A DNA stretch of 64,000 nucleotides from Candidatus Nomurabacteria bacterium. Lineage in GTDB: Bacteria; Patescibacteriota; Minisyncoccia; Phycocordibacterales; UBA9973. The stretch lies in contig JACQGC010000018.1 in the NCBI GenBank assembly GCA_016199805.1, positions 5,219 to 69,218 on the forward strand. Reading direction: 5' to 3'. Of this stretch, positions 9,621 through 19,905 are shown piece by piece (within the stretch, counting starts at the first letter, position 1; each line of letters opens with the position of its first letter). Made by a program: the position numbers and the translations under genes. The notes beneath the pieces are model-generated. The model had not been told where the DNA came from. It searched no databases and was given only the letters and a program-made list of their open reading frames with translations.

Positions 9621-10508
9621 ATGGAACTAGATAAAAGTAATATAGAAAGCGAAATAAAAAAACTGGAAGACGAAATGCAAGCTCCGGATTTTTGGAATGA
9701 CAAAATGAGAGCGCAGGGTATTTTGAAAGAGCTGGCAGAACTAAAAGATAAAAAAGAAGGCGCAAATAAATACGACAAAGGCAACGCGATTGTGACCATA
9801 ATCTCCGGCGCGGGCGGAGACGACGCTGAAGATTTTTCATTGATGCTTTTTTTGATGTACGAAAAATATGCCAAGAAGCGAAGCTGGGGGCTAACGCTCG
9901 TCAGTGAACATAAAAACGACCATGGTGGATACCGAAACATTTCTTTTGAAGTTGCAGGCAAGGGTGTCTACGGGTTGCTCAAAAATGAAGGCGGCGTGCA
10001 CCGATTGGTGCGGATTTCGCCCTTTAACGCTAAAAAATTACGGCACACGTCTTTTTCGTTGGTGGAGATTTTGCCGAAGTTCTCAAAGTTGGAAGAAAAA
10101 GACGTTGTCTTGAGGCCTGAAGATTTAAAAATAGAATTTGCCAAAAGTGGCGGCCCAGGCGGACAAAACGTGAACAAGAGAGAGACAGCAGTACGCATTG
10201 TCCATGTTCCGACCAATATTTCGGCGCACGTTTCTACAGAGCGTTCCCAGGAACAAAACAGGGAATTGGCTATGGCAATACTCCGCGCCAAGATTTTCAA
10301 AAAAGCCGAGGAGGAAAAGAAAAGCATAGAAGAGAGCATGAAGCTGACCAAGAACACCGAGATAGAATGGGGCAGTCAGATACGCTCGTATGTCTTGCAC
10401 CCGTACAAGATGGTTAAAGACCACCGCACCAATGCGGAGACTTCTAACGTGGATGCTGTTTTGGACGGCGACTTGGATATTTTTATTGAAGCCGAGAAAA
10501 TTTTGTAA
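9621..10508 (+). CDS. prfB: Peptide chain release factor 2, short form without frameshift (295 aa)
   Basis: GVHRLVRISPF (SPF motif), GPGGQNVN, WGSQIRSYVLHPY. Confidence 0.93.
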   Translation: MELDKSNIESEIKKLEDEMQAPDFWNDKMRAQGILKELAELKDKKEGANKYDKGNAIVTIISGAGGDDAEDFSLMLFLMYEKYAKKRSWGLTLVSEHKNDHGGYRNISFEVAGKGVYGLLKNEGGVHRLVRISPFNAKKLRHTSFSLVEILPKFSKLEEKDVVLRPEDLKIEFAKSGGPGGQNVNKRETAVRIVHVPTNISAHVSTERSQEQNRELAMAILRAKIFKKAEEEKKSIEESMKLTKNTEIEWGSQIRSYVLHPYKMVKDHRTNAETSNVDAVLDGDLDIFIEAEKIL

Positions 10509-10590
10509 ATTCTTAAATAAAAAAAAGACGTGGGGTTTATCCCCCCACACCTCTTGCCAAGCCACATAAATCTGAAGTATTATTAAGCTT

Positions 10591-11358
10591 ATGAAAATAA
10601 AAATTGGTTTTCTGTTGGCCGTTTTGTTTTTTACTAGTGTGGGTTTTGTGCACGCCGCTGATTTAAATTTTACTAATAACACCAATATAAATATTGGAGC
10701 CAATACATATGTCATTACTGCCGGCTCAGTAGCCACTTCTCCGATGACTTTGAGCGCCACGACCCTGACGGTAACTGTGCCTGCCGGTACTTTTACCTTG
10801 CAATCTGCAAATGGTTTTGCCCTAGGCACAACCGGTAGCTTACCCCAATCCTGCAACGGCGGCACAAACCAAGTTATCATCACCGGAGTAGCCGGACCGA
10901 TAGTTATCACGCCAAACACTGGTTCAGTTGTCTGTCCTAGTAGTGGAAGTGTCACTTCTTCTGGCAGTGGCGGTTTAGTTTCCAGTGCACCATTACCACC
11001 CCCAGTCGTTACTCCACTACCAGCGACAACTCCACCTCCAACCGCAACCACTCCACCAGTCACAACTCCCACAACTCCAGTAACCACTCCAACCGGCAGT
11101 ACATCACAACCAACTGTAGCATCTCCCGTAACCTACAATTTAGGCACCACCACATTAAAGAATGGCAGTACCGGCAACGCCGTCAAAGAACTGCAAAGAT
11201 TTTTAAACAGCGACTTGAAGGCAAACATAGCGGTGGACGGCAAACTTGGACCGAAGACCATCGCCATCATCAAGAAATGGCAGAAAGCCCACAAGTTAAC
11301 CCCCGATGGTCTGATAGGGGCCAAGACCAAGAAATTGATGAATTCCTTAGCCAAGTAG
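10591..11358 (+). CDS. Secreted protein: beta domain, Pro/Thr linker, C-terminal peptidoglycan-binding domain
   Basis: Signal peptide; VKELQRFLN..DGKLGPKT..WQKAHKLTPDGLIG.KT (PG_binding_1 pattern). Confidence 0.85.
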   Translation: MKIKIGFLLAVLFFTSVGFVHAADLNFTNNTNINIGANTYVITAGSVATSPMTLSATTLTVTVPAGTFTLQSANGFALGTTGSLPQSCNGGTNQVIITGVAGPIVITPNTGSVVCPSSGSVTSSGSGGLVSSAPLPPPVVTPLPATTPPPTATTPPVTTPTTPVTTPTGSTSQPTVASPVTYNLGTTTLKNGSTGNAVKELQRFLNSDLKANIAVDGKLGPKTIAIIKKWQKAHKLTPDGLIGAKTKKLMNSLAK

Positions 11359-11404
11359 TTTAAATTATTATTAAAATTATTAATTAAGTTTCGTAAAATC
11401 ACAA

Positions 11405-12052
11405 ATGCAAAATCAAAAAAAGTTTCTAATGAGTCTCGCCATATTACTAGCCGTCTTCTTTGTAGCTACCCAAGTCTTGGCTGACCTGACTTTCACCAAC
11501 AATTCCATCTCTGGCACCACAGCTTCTCTTTTAGACGTGGGAGCCGGGAACACCCTTTCATTACAAACCACCAACAATGGTCCGGTTACTTTCGGTAACG
11601 GTGCCATTACCATTGGCAACTTAGCCGGAGGTGGCATCAAATGTCTGCATGTTTCCAATACCGGAGTCGTCTCTGTGGCGGCGGCGGATTGTGGAGCGGG
11701 GGGAACAACTACTTTACAATTTTCTTTTATGTTGGGGGCTGACGGCGGAATTGCTTTAACGGATGGAATAGCTCAAAATACTATTTTCAGTAACCAACTC
11801 GGCAGAGGTATTCATATCACCAAGGTTTGGTGTGAGACGGATGCAGGAACTCCTACATTAAATATGAAAAAGCGCGGGGCTGGGTCCAACCTATTGTCAA
11901 GTAATTTAACTTGTACCACTTCCGGAGCTTCAGGCACGACATTTTCTTCAACTCAAGATGCATATGCTGATGGAGATATTATGGATTTCACATTAGCCAC
12001 AGCGACAACTGCGCGAAGGATTACAGTTGTAGTTCGTTACACTCTTGACTAA
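11405..12052 (+). CDS. Secreted hypothetical protein, paralog of 48484-49233 in the N-terminal half
   Basis: Signal peptide; D.GAGNTL..QT and KCLHV.NTG.V..AAADCG shared. Confidence 0.7.
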   Translation: MQNQKKFLMSLAILLAVFFVATQVLADLTFTNNSISGTTASLLDVGAGNTLSLQTTNNGPVTFGNGAITIGNLAGGGIKCLHVSNTGVVSVAAADCGAGGTTTLQFSFMLGADGGIALTDGIAQNTIFSNQLGRGIHITKVWCETDAGTPTLNMKKRGAGSNLLSSNLTCTTSGASGTTFSSTQDAYADGDIMDFTLATATTARRITVVVRYTLD

Positions 12053-12060
12053 ATAAAAAT

Positions 12061-13761
12061 ATGAAAAAACTAATTATATTTTTAATTTGCGTGATTGGTT
12101 TGGGTGCCACCACTGCTTTTGCCGCAACAGGCAAAGTAATTTATACAGGAACACCTATCGGTGACGGAACTATTGCCAATGTTTTTGACGGGAATTTTAC
12201 AAATGACTGGAATGGAACCAACGCCGGTTTTGATTTCGGCTCCGCCATCAATTTGACATCAATCAGGATGGCCATGTCATCATTTTACGGCACATAGTAT
12301 CCAGTTCCTGGCTCCGACACAGTGCAGAGGTCTCCAGATAATTCAACCTGGACGACTTTTCTGACATTTCCAAACTGGTCTCACCCGTATATCCCCAGGT
12401 ATCATTTTCTTGATACTGCAGTTTCACCAGGTGCGGCCTATAGATATTATCGCGTTTCTTCCGGTGGCAGTCCCGTAACATTTGGCGAATTGGAATTTGT
12501 CGGTAACGCAGGAGAGCCATCAAGCGGTTCGCGTCCGGTAGAACCGGTCGTCACACCTGCCGGTGGAGTGGCGCTTTATGGTTCTGTAACAATAAATATG
12601 TCGTCTCTGACAACGTCCGCGACGATGCATTACACGGTGGATGGGTCAACTCCGACATGCAGTAGTACGACATACAGTAGTCCGTTTACCTTGACCGTCG
12701 GAACAGCCACAGTGGTAAAAGCTGTGGCGTGCGATGCTACCTTGACCACTCAAGCATCACTTGTCACAACTTCCGGAACTTTTCGTAATTATGGAATTAA
12801 ACCAGCCGACACATCTTGGTCTGATGTTTCTGGGTATCCGAATTTTCACTCAGGAAGTATAATATTAGTAAACGGTCAGTATTACTATTTTACACAGTGG
12901 GAGGAGTCTTACAATCACGGAAGCGATCTGACTAACAATTCAGGTATTGAAATTTATAAAAGTTCTGATTTGCTGAATTGGACATGGGTTCAAGAAGTGC
13001 CTACTCCTAGTGCTCCGACTAATTGGTATTATGTTGAGAGACCCCATGTATTATACAATTCCAGTACATCAAAATATGTGATGTGGGCGCATTGTACCCA
13101 AACCCACGATGCCAACGACCGCGCTTGTATTTGGACAGCCAATGACCCGTCATCAACATGGACACTTCAAACCGCCACCCTCAACCCAACTGAGGGGGGA
13201 ACCGGGTACGGCTTTAAAGACTTCAACTTATTTCAGGAGTCAGATGGTAACGCTTATGTGGTTTACACCAGTGGCACACCAAATAACGCAGACAACTGGA
13301 TTGCCAAACTCACATCAGACTATTTAAATGTTACAGGTACTGATTATTTGCATCTAAATGCTGGAGTAAGTCGCGAAGCCCCGGTGCTGTTTAAACGTGG
13401 GTCAGCCTACTTCCTTATCACTTCTGCGTCCAACTACTATAATTTTAATGCAACTTTTGATGTCCAATACCAAACCAATATCGGAGCTTCACCACTGGCG
13501 AATAGTTGGTCGGCTTTAAATACCAATTATTTTTATACTTCTGATCCTATCGGAACTGCAAACAATGCTCAACCTACAGCAGTTCTTAATCTCGGCGGGG
13601 ACAACTGGCTTTATTTGGCGGACCACTGGCTAAGCACTGATTTACAACACTCAACTCGGGTTTGGTATATGCTTCGATTTCCAACGGGTACAACCATAGC
13701 ACCACCAAATCCACTACCAGCACAATGGGATATTCCACGACCCCAACGAAGGATGATGTAA
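12061..13761 (+). pseudogene. Secreted multidomain glycosidase (F5/8C-like, Fn3-associated, GH43-like) interrupted by one in-frame TAG at 12295-12297
   Basis: ORFs 12061 and 12322 share frame 1; DFGSAINLTSIR..SPDNSTW..YRYYR, HYTVDGSTPT, VERPHVLYN..KYVMWAH, REAPVLFK. Confidence 0.75.
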
Positions 13762-13808
13762 AATATTTTTTCTTTGTTCGAACAAAAATCTATGGTAAGA
13801 TAAGGGAA

Positions 13809-14477
13809 GTGATTTATTTTAATAATGTTTCAAAAATATATAAGGATGCCACCGCGCTTCTAGACGTTACGTTCGTGATTGAAGCGGGGGAATTCGTTTC
13901 CATTGTCGGGCATTCCGGTGCCGGCAAGACGACCCTGACAAAAATGATATTAGCGGAAGAACCGCCGACCGATGGCACCGTCTTTTTCGAGTCCATAGAT
14001 GTGCACAAGCTGAAAAGCAAAGACCTCACCAATCTCCGCCGCCGCATCGGTGTGGTTTTTCAGGACTACAAACTCCTCTCCAACAAAACCGCCTACGAAA
14101 ACATCGCTTTTGCCATGGAAGCCGTCGGCAAGACCGAAGAAGAAATTGCGAGTGACGTGCCCCACGTCTTGGAATTGGTGGATTTGAGCCATAGGTTAAA
14201 CCATTTTCCGGATGAAATGTCCGGTGGGGAAAAGCAGCGCCTGGCCATCGCCCGGGCCATCATCAACCAGCCCGAGCTTATTATCGCCGACGAGCCCACG
14301 GGCAACCTGGACCCCGTAAATACCCACGAAATAGTGCAGATTTTGAAAAAAATAAACGACTTGGGCACGACGGTGATTTTGACTACCCACAACAGGGGAA
14401 TCATCGAGTCGGTAAATAAACGGGTAATTACGATGGAAAATGGGAAAATTGTTCGAGACACAAAACACAGCAAGTAG
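13809..14477 (+). CDS. ftsE: Cell division ABC ATPase FtsE
   Basis: [36 protein letters not shown]; upstream of ftsX; GTG start. Confidence 0.95.
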   Translation: MIYFNNVSKIYKDATALLDVTFVIEAGEFVSIVGHSGAGKTTLTKMILAEEPPTDGTVFFESIDVHKLKSKDLTNLRRRIGVVFQDYKLLSNKTAYENIAFAMEAVGKTEEEIASDVPHVLELVDLSHRLNHFPDEMSGGEKQRLAIARAIINQPELIIADEPTGNLDPVNTHEIVQILKKINDLGTTVILTTHNRGIIESVNKRVITMENGKIVRDTKHSK

Positions 14478-14495
14478 TGGTATAATAGAATTACT

Positions 14496-14564
14496 TGTCC
14501 CGTTAGAAAATCAACGGACTTGTAAAAGTATGAAGTTTATTATTTTAAATTTTTTAATGGGATG
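14496..14564. repeat. Inverted-repeat element (TGTCCCGTTAGAAA ... TTTTTAATGGGATG) ending in the ftsX start codon
   Basis: Same family as 5151 and 47233. Confidence 0.75.
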
Positions 14565-15485
14565 ACAATGACGACTTTGAGAAGAATTATAAAGGGCGGA
14601 TTTTTGAACTTTAAAAGAGGCGGCATTGTTTCCTGGGCCGCGGTCTTGGTGGTGACCATCACTCTTTCCGTCATTACGCTCATAATTTTTCTTCAGGCGG
14701 TTTTGCATTTTTCCTTGAGCCAAATTAAAGATAAAGTTGATGTAACTATTTATTTCACTACCAGCGCGCCGGAAGATAAAATTCTGGCCTTGAAATCTTC
14801 TCTGGAGCAATTGCCCGAAGTGGCAAATGTTTCTTATACCAGCGCGGCGCAAGCCCTGCAACTTTTCCGTGACCGTCACCAAAATGATTACCCGACAATT
14901 CAAGCTCTGGATGAAATTGGGGCAAACCCACTCGGGGGATATCTCAATGTCAAAGCCAAAGAAGTTTCGGAGTATGAAAGCATCGCCAACTTTATGAAAT
15001 CCGACAATGCGCTCGTGCTCGGCTCGGCTTCCATCGTAGACAAAGTGAATTATTATCAAAATAAACTGGTCATAGACAGATTGAATACCATCATTGGCGG
15101 CGCGCAAAGACTCGGTTTTCTGTTGACATTTGTTTTGGTGATTATTTCCATCATTATCACTTTCAATACCATTCGTTTGGCCATATTTATCTCCAAAGAA
15201 GAAATTGGTGTCATGCGCCTGGTGGGTGCCTCCAAGATGCACGTGCGGGGACCTTTCATGACGGAGGGCGTGATATACGGTATCGTGGCTACGCTCATCA
15301 CTATGTTTATTTTTTGGCCAATCGGTTTTTGGTTGGGTAAAAACATGACCGATTTCCTCGGAATTAATCTCTACAATTACTATCTTTCCAACTTCTTTCA
15401 AATTTTTGCAATAATTTTATTATCAGGTATACTGCTAGGTGTGATTTCGAGTTTGCTGGCGGTTAGGAGGTATCTTAATAAATAG
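14562..15485 (+). CDS. ftsX: Cell division permease FtsX
   Basis: NPL motif, NTIRLAI...EEIGVMRLVGAS...RGPF..EG. Confidence 0.95.
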   Translation: MTMTTLRRIIKGGFLNFKRGGIVSWAAVLVVTITLSVITLIIFLQAVLHFSLSQIKDKVDVTIYFTTSAPEDKILALKSSLEQLPEVANVSYTSAAQALQLFRDRHQNDYPTIQALDEIGANPLGGYLNVKAKEVSEYESIANFMKSDNALVLGSASIVDKVNYYQNKLVIDRLNTIIGGAQRLGFLLTFVLVIISIIITFNTIRLAIFISKEEIGVMRLVGASKMHVRGPFMTEGVIYGIVATLITMFIFWPIGFWLGKNMTDFLGINLYNYYLSNFFQIFAIILLSGILLGVISSLLAVRRYLNK

Positions 15486-15518
15486 TTAAAAAGTAGAAAG
15501 TTATAAAATCAATAAAGT

Positions 15519-17150
15519 ATGAAAAATCCAAAATATATTTTTGTGGTGGGGGGAGTTATGTCCAGCGTAGGCAAGGGAATTGCGGCCTCCTCTATCGGAA
15601 AAATATTGCAGTCCCGCGGTTACCGGGTGGCCATTATGAAAGCGGATATGTACGTGAATATTGACGCGGGCACTATTCGCCCCGCCGAACACGGAGAAGT
15701 CTTTGTCGGCGAAGACGGCGTGGAAGCCGACCAGGACCTCGGAAACTATGAGCGTTTTACCGGCCAGACTAGCAAGAGGGTAAACTACATGACCACCGGG
15801 CAAATTTACCAGGAAGTCATCCGCCGTGAGCGAAACTTGGAATACGGCGGGGAAGATGTGGAAGTTTATCCGGATATTCCGAAAGAAATAATCAGGCGCA
15901 TCGAAGTCTGCCAGAAAGAAAATAAATCGGAAATCACGGTCATCGAATACGGTGGCACCGTCGGCGAGCATCAACTCTTTCCGTTTTTGGAAGCGACCAG
16001 AATGATGCGGTCAAAATTTCCCGGCGATGTTTTTGTCGTTTTGACGAGCTACCTGCCGACCCCGTCTCTTCTCGGAGAACAGAAATCAAAACCAACCCAG
16101 CGCGCCGTCTTGGATTTATATTCCGTCGGACTCAAGCCGGACTTTGTATTGTGCCGCGCCGACAAGCCAGCCACAGCTGACATCAAACGCACCATCAGCA
16201 ATGTCTGCAGTATTCCCGTGGAGAGAATAATCTCTGCGCCGGATGTTTACTCCATTTACGACGTGCCGGTTAATTTCGAAAATGAAAATTTTGGCAATAC
16301 TTTGCTCAAAACCATTGGCTTGCACCCGCGCGAGAGGGACTTGGCGGATTGGACGGCTTTGGCCAATAAAATAAAAAAGATAGATAAAGAAGTCACCATC
16401 GGTATCGTCGGTAAATATTTTAATTTTAAATCTTGTAAAGACACTTACATTTCCGTCATAGAATCCATCAATCACGCTTCTTGGGCGCAAGGTTACAAGC
16501 CAAAGATTCTTTGGTTGGATTCGGAAAAATACGAAAATAACCCGAAACTCTTGAGTGAGCTGGATGGTTTGGACGGCATCATCGTGCCGGGAGGCTTTGG
16601 CAACCGGGGAGTGGAAGGGATGATTTTAGCCGCCGATTACGCTCGCCGCAAAAAAATTCCATATTTCGGTTTGTGCCTGGGCGTGCAGATTTTGACTATC
16701 TCTTATGCCAGAAATGTTTTGAAATTGAAGGGCGCGAACTCTACGGAAATGAACGCGAATACACCGCACCCTGTCATCGCCACTATGGCCGACCAGATTG
16801 ATAAAATCAAAAATAAAAATTACGGCGGGTCTATGCGTCTGGGAGCTTATGCCTGCACCTTGGCCAAAGACACTGTCGCTTTTGGCGCTTACAAAACCGT
16901 GAACATTTCCGAACGTCACCGCCATCGATACGAAGTGAACACAAAATACGTAGCCGAATTGGAACAAGCCGGCTTGGTCTTCTCCGGCCGTTCTCCCGAC
17001 GGAGTACTCATGGAGATAGCCGAGCTACCAAAAAAAGTTCATCCGTTTTACCTGGGCACCCAATTTCATCCGGAATTCAAATCCCGCCCACTTTCCCCGC
17101 ACCCGCTCTTCTCCGCTTTCGTCAAAGCTTGCGTTGGCAAGCAGAAATAA
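15519..17150 (+). CDS. pyrG: CTP synthase
   Basis: KYIFVVGGVMSSVGKG, EHGEVFV, PGGFG.RG, GLCLG, ERHRHRYE, QFHPEF. Confidence 0.97.
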   Translation: MKNPKYIFVVGGVMSSVGKGIAASSIGKILQSRGYRVAIMKADMYVNIDAGTIRPAEHGEVFVGEDGVEADQDLGNYERFTGQTSKRVNYMTTGQIYQEVIRRERNLEYGGEDVEVYPDIPKEIIRRIEVCQKENKSEITVIEYGGTVGEHQLFPFLEATRMMRSKFPGDVFVVLTSYLPTPSLLGEQKSKPTQRAVLDLYSVGLKPDFVLCRADKPATADIKRTISNVCSIPVERIISAPDVYSIYDVPVNFENENFGNTLLKTIGLHPRERDLADWTALANKIKKIDKEVTIGIVGKYFNFKSCKDTYISVIESINHASWAQGYKPKILWLDSEKYENNPKLLSELDGLDGIIVPGGFGNRGVEGMILAADYARRKKIPYFGLCLGVQILTISYARNVLKLKGANSTEMNANTPHPVIATMADQIDKIKNKNYGGSMRLGAYACTLAKDTVAFGAYKTVNISERHRHRYEVNTKYVAELEQAGLVFSGRSPDGVLMEIAELPKKVHPFYLGTQFHPEFKSRPLSPHPLFSAFVKACVGKQK

Positions 17151-17166
17151 ATAGATTCAAAAATCC

Positions 17167-17650
17167 ATCCACCCCGTCTCGGAGTACCGAGCCACCCCTC
17201 AAGAGGGGAATCATGCAATCCAAAATCCATGTACCCATATTGGGATATTCCTAAAAATAAACTTTTAGCAGAAAGAACTAGAGATTTAAGAAAAGCTGGT
17301 AATTTGGCTGAGGTTTTGTTTTGGAAAATATTTAATGACAAAAAGAAATTAGGTTTTGATATAGATAGACAAGTAATTATAGGTCAATACATAGTAGATT
17401 TTTTAATTCCCGAACTTGGCTTAGTTTTTGAAATAGACGGCTCCAGCCACGATTCAAAAATAGAATATGATGCGGAAAGGGATGCTTTTATGAAAGACTT
17501 AAATTTGCAGGTGATTAGAATATCTGACTTAGAGGTGAAAAACAACTTAAGTAGCATTTACCACTTAGTGTTAGAGACAGTTGAAAAAAGAAAACAGGAG
17601 GTATTGGAATTATTCCCCTCTTGAGGGGTGGCGCTTGCGCCGGGGTGGAT
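17167..17650. mobile_element. Putative mini-element: DUF559 gene between inverted palindromic repeats (17167-17211, 17612-17650)
   Basis: Left atccaccccg..gccacccctcaagaggggaat; right attcccctcttgaggggtggc..cggggtggat. Confidence 0.65.
17229..17624 (+). CDS. DUF559 / Vsr-like endonuclease domain protein
   Basis: LRK....AE..FW, RQ..IG.YIVDF, EIDG.SH, D.ERD. Confidence 0.9.
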   Translation: MYPYWDIPKNKLLAERTRDLRKAGNLAEVLFWKIFNDKKKLGFDIDRQVIIGQYIVDFLIPELGLVFEIDGSSHDSKIEYDAERDAFMKDLNLQVIRISDLEVKNNLSSIYHLVLETVEKRKQEVLELFPS

Positions 17651-17662
17651 ATATTTTACTTC

Positions 17663-17716
17663 TTGACAACCCGCTTCCAATAAAATATACTTAGTCTACC
17701 TAACTATTAGGTAGAC
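17663..17716 (+). promoter_or_regulatory. Sigma70 promoter with palindromic MarR operator
   Basis: TTGACA-17-TATACT, then gtctacctaa-cta-ttaggtagac (17694-17716). Confidence 0.8.
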
Positions 17717-17718
17717 AT

Positions 17719-18141
17719 ATGATACATACACATGCTAAATCAAGTTTGGGGGATTTAATTCTAATATTACGAAGGAAAATCATGGAAAGCCTGAAGGCGG
17801 CCGGTTTTGAACATGAGCTTACTTTTTCACAAGTAGAGGTTCTTCATTTTGTCGGTCCGGAAGGCAAGGAAACCATGAAGAGTATTGCCGATTTTCTCAA
17901 AATTACTCCGCCTTCCGCCACGGAGATTGTGGCCGAGATGGAAAAGAAAGGTTTGGTTAAAAGGACCAGCGACGAAAGGGACAGAAGAGTGGTTTTCATC
18001 GTTCTGTCGCCCTTGGCCAAAAAGCTTTTTATTTCACTGCACAAACGCAAAGAATTCGTTTTAAAGAAAATATTTTCCAAATTAAGCAAAAAAGATCATG
18101 AAGAATTTGAACGCATTATTAGAATTTTAATAACTACATAA
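17719..18141 (+). CDS. MarR family transcriptional regulator
   Basis: LT.SQ..VL, wHTH, MEKKGLV.R..DERDRR. Confidence 0.92.
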   Translation: MIHTHAKSSLGDLILILRRKIMESLKAAGFEHELTFSQVEVLHFVGPEGKETMKSIADFLKITPPSATEIVAEMEKKGLVKRTSDERDRRVVFIVLSPLAKKLFISLHKRKEFVLKKIFSKLSKKDHEEFERIIRILITT

Positions 18142-19226
18142 TGATACACAAACATATCAAATCATTGCCACATCACCCCAAGAGAGTAATCATAATTTCT
18201 CTGGTTGTTGCTCTGTCTGTCGGAATATTCGGCTACGTAAAAATAAATAAAAAAGTAGCTAGTCCGGTTATTGAGAACGATATCACGAGCGCCGGAAACA
18301 TGCCTGCTTCAAACCACCTCACTCTCGGTTTCTTGGCTGCTGGCAGGATAAAGTCCGTTTCCGTAAAGGCGGGGGACAAGGTTGTAAAAGGGCAAGTCTT
18401 GGCAGCTCTGGACGCAGAAAATGCGCAAGGCGCCCTCTTGCAAGCCAAAGCAGCTTACCAGACGGCAGAGTCCAATTATCAAAAGATAATCAACGGAGCC
18501 ACTGGTCCGTCCATAGATGTGGCCAAAGCGGCGGTGCATACCGCGCAGGTAAATTTCGACGGGGTGACCAAGCAGCAAAATATTTTAGTGGCCAATGCCT
18601 ATTCAAATCTTTTGAATTCTTCGCTCATAGCGAAATCCAGCATAAGCAATTCTCTGGTTCCTCCTACCTTGAGTGGAGTCTATGGTAAAGATACACAAGG
18701 GACAATCAAAATTACTTTTGGGTTGGGTGGAGGCGCGAGCGAGAGTAAAGATTTTGTAGTCTCCGGTGTTTTAAATGGCATAGGCACGGCCAACACAAAT
18801 ACACCCGAACCGGTTTTAGATACGGGGATTTTTATACAGCTGCCCAAATTTGCCAATATTGAGTCTTATTCCAGCACCATCTGGAGTATAGATGTTCCAA
18901 ACACTACCGCGCCGAATTATCTCGCCAACTACAACGCCTATCAAACTGCTCTCCAGACAAAAACTCAAATGATTGCAAACGCCCAAGCTGTATTGGACCA
19001 AGCCAATGCTTCGCTTTCCGCACTCGTGGCTGCCGCTCGTCCCGAGGATGTAGCCGCGGCACAAGCTCAAGTAAACAATGCCCAGGGCGCGGTGCAGATA
19101 GCCCAAGCCGCAGTGCAAAACACTATTATTACCGCCCCGGCAGACGGCACGGTGACTTCTGTCGCTATTACTCCGGGACAAATCGCCACCCCGAACGCTC
19201 CGGCTATAGAATTTACAAGTAATTAA
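18141..19226 (+). CDS. HlyD/membrane-fusion family adaptor
   Basis: Lipoyl halves GRIKSVSVKAGDKV and ITAPADGTV around coiled coils. Confidence 0.8.
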   Translation: MIHKHIKSLPHHPKRVIIISLVVALSVGIFGYVKINKKVASPVIENDITSAGNMPASNHLTLGFLAAGRIKSVSVKAGDKVVKGQVLAALDAENAQGALLQAKAAYQTAESNYQKIINGATGPSIDVAKAAVHTAQVNFDGVTKQQNILVANAYSNLLNSSLIAKSSISNSLVPPTLSGVYGKDTQGTIKITFGLGGGASESKDFVVSGVLNGIGTANTNTPEPVLDTGIFIQLPKFANIESYSSTIWSIDVPNTTAPNYLANYNAYQTALQTKTQMIANAQAVLDQANASLSALVAAARPEDVAAAQAQVNNAQGAVQIAQAAVQNTIITAPADGTVTSVAITPGQIATPNAPAIEFTSN

Positions 19227-19265
19227 TCGCCTTATCGGCGACCTGCCGAAGAGGCAGAAAAATTT

Positions 19266-19904
19266 ATGGAAGAAAATAAAGAAAAACAAAATATTTTTAG
19301 CAAACCTTGGGTTCAAAGTCTAACCGCATTTATAGTTATTTTCGGCGTGCTGGCCATATTTTTGTTTTGGCAGGCAAATAGAAACACGATTCTTGTTGAA
19401 AATTCCGACTTGGAAGCGCCTATTATAAATCTGACACCGTCAGCTCCCGGAGTCTTGAATGCGTTATATGTAAAAGAGGGAGATGTCGTGGCGGCCAATG
19501 CGCAGATTGCCTTGGTGGGTTCACAAATCATCTCCACCAAGGTTGCCGGTATCATTGCTAGCGCGCCAAATGTCCTCGGGTCATATTTTTCTCCAGGGCA
19601 AATGGTGGCTTCGCTTGTAAATACCGGAGAAATGAAAGCCGTCGGACAAATAGAAGAAACCAAAGGCTTGAGCGACTTGAAAATCGGACAGCGGGCTACA
19701 TTTATTGTAGATACTTTTCCGGGTAAAACTTATGACGGAATAGTGGACCAAATCAGCCCCGTCTCAAACGACAATGGCATTATCTTTTCCATTTCCGACC
19801 AACGCCCGGTCAAAAAATTTAATATAAAAGTGCGTTTCAATGTGTCCGACTATCCGGAGTTGAAAAGTGGCATGTCTGCAAAAATTACAGTTTATACTAA
19901 ATAA
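19266..19904 (+). CDS. EmrA-like adaptor (short, lacking the helical hairpin)
   Basis: N-terminal TM, lipoyl halves, IEET....KIGQ.A...VD.FPG. Confidence 0.75.
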   Translation: MEENKEKQNIFSKPWVQSLTAFIVIFGVLAIFLFWQANRNTILVENSDLEAPIINLTPSAPGVLNALYVKEGDVVAANAQIALVGSQIISTKVAGIIASAPNVLGSYFSPGQMVASLVNTGEMKAVGQIEETKGLSDLKIGQRATFIVDTFPGKTYDGIVDQISPVSNDNGIIFSISDQRPVKKFNIKVRFNVSDYPELKSGMSAKITVYTK

Positions 19905-19905
19905 G

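Noticed and set aside
10125-11087. 320-aa minus-strand ORF and similar antisense ORFs (14511-15401, 32108-32803, 35811-36635)
   Set aside because: Shadows of well-supported plus-strand genes with no independent motifs.
12295-12297. Genome-wide TAG recoding or pyrrolysine
   Set aside because: TAG ends many intact genes here (secD, gatC, ftsE, ftsX), and no pyl genes or suppressor tRNA are visible.
13662-13808. N-terminal extension of ftsE
   Set aside because: It overlaps the upstream gene and is not FtsE-like; GTG 13809 fits both the family start and the promoter spacing.
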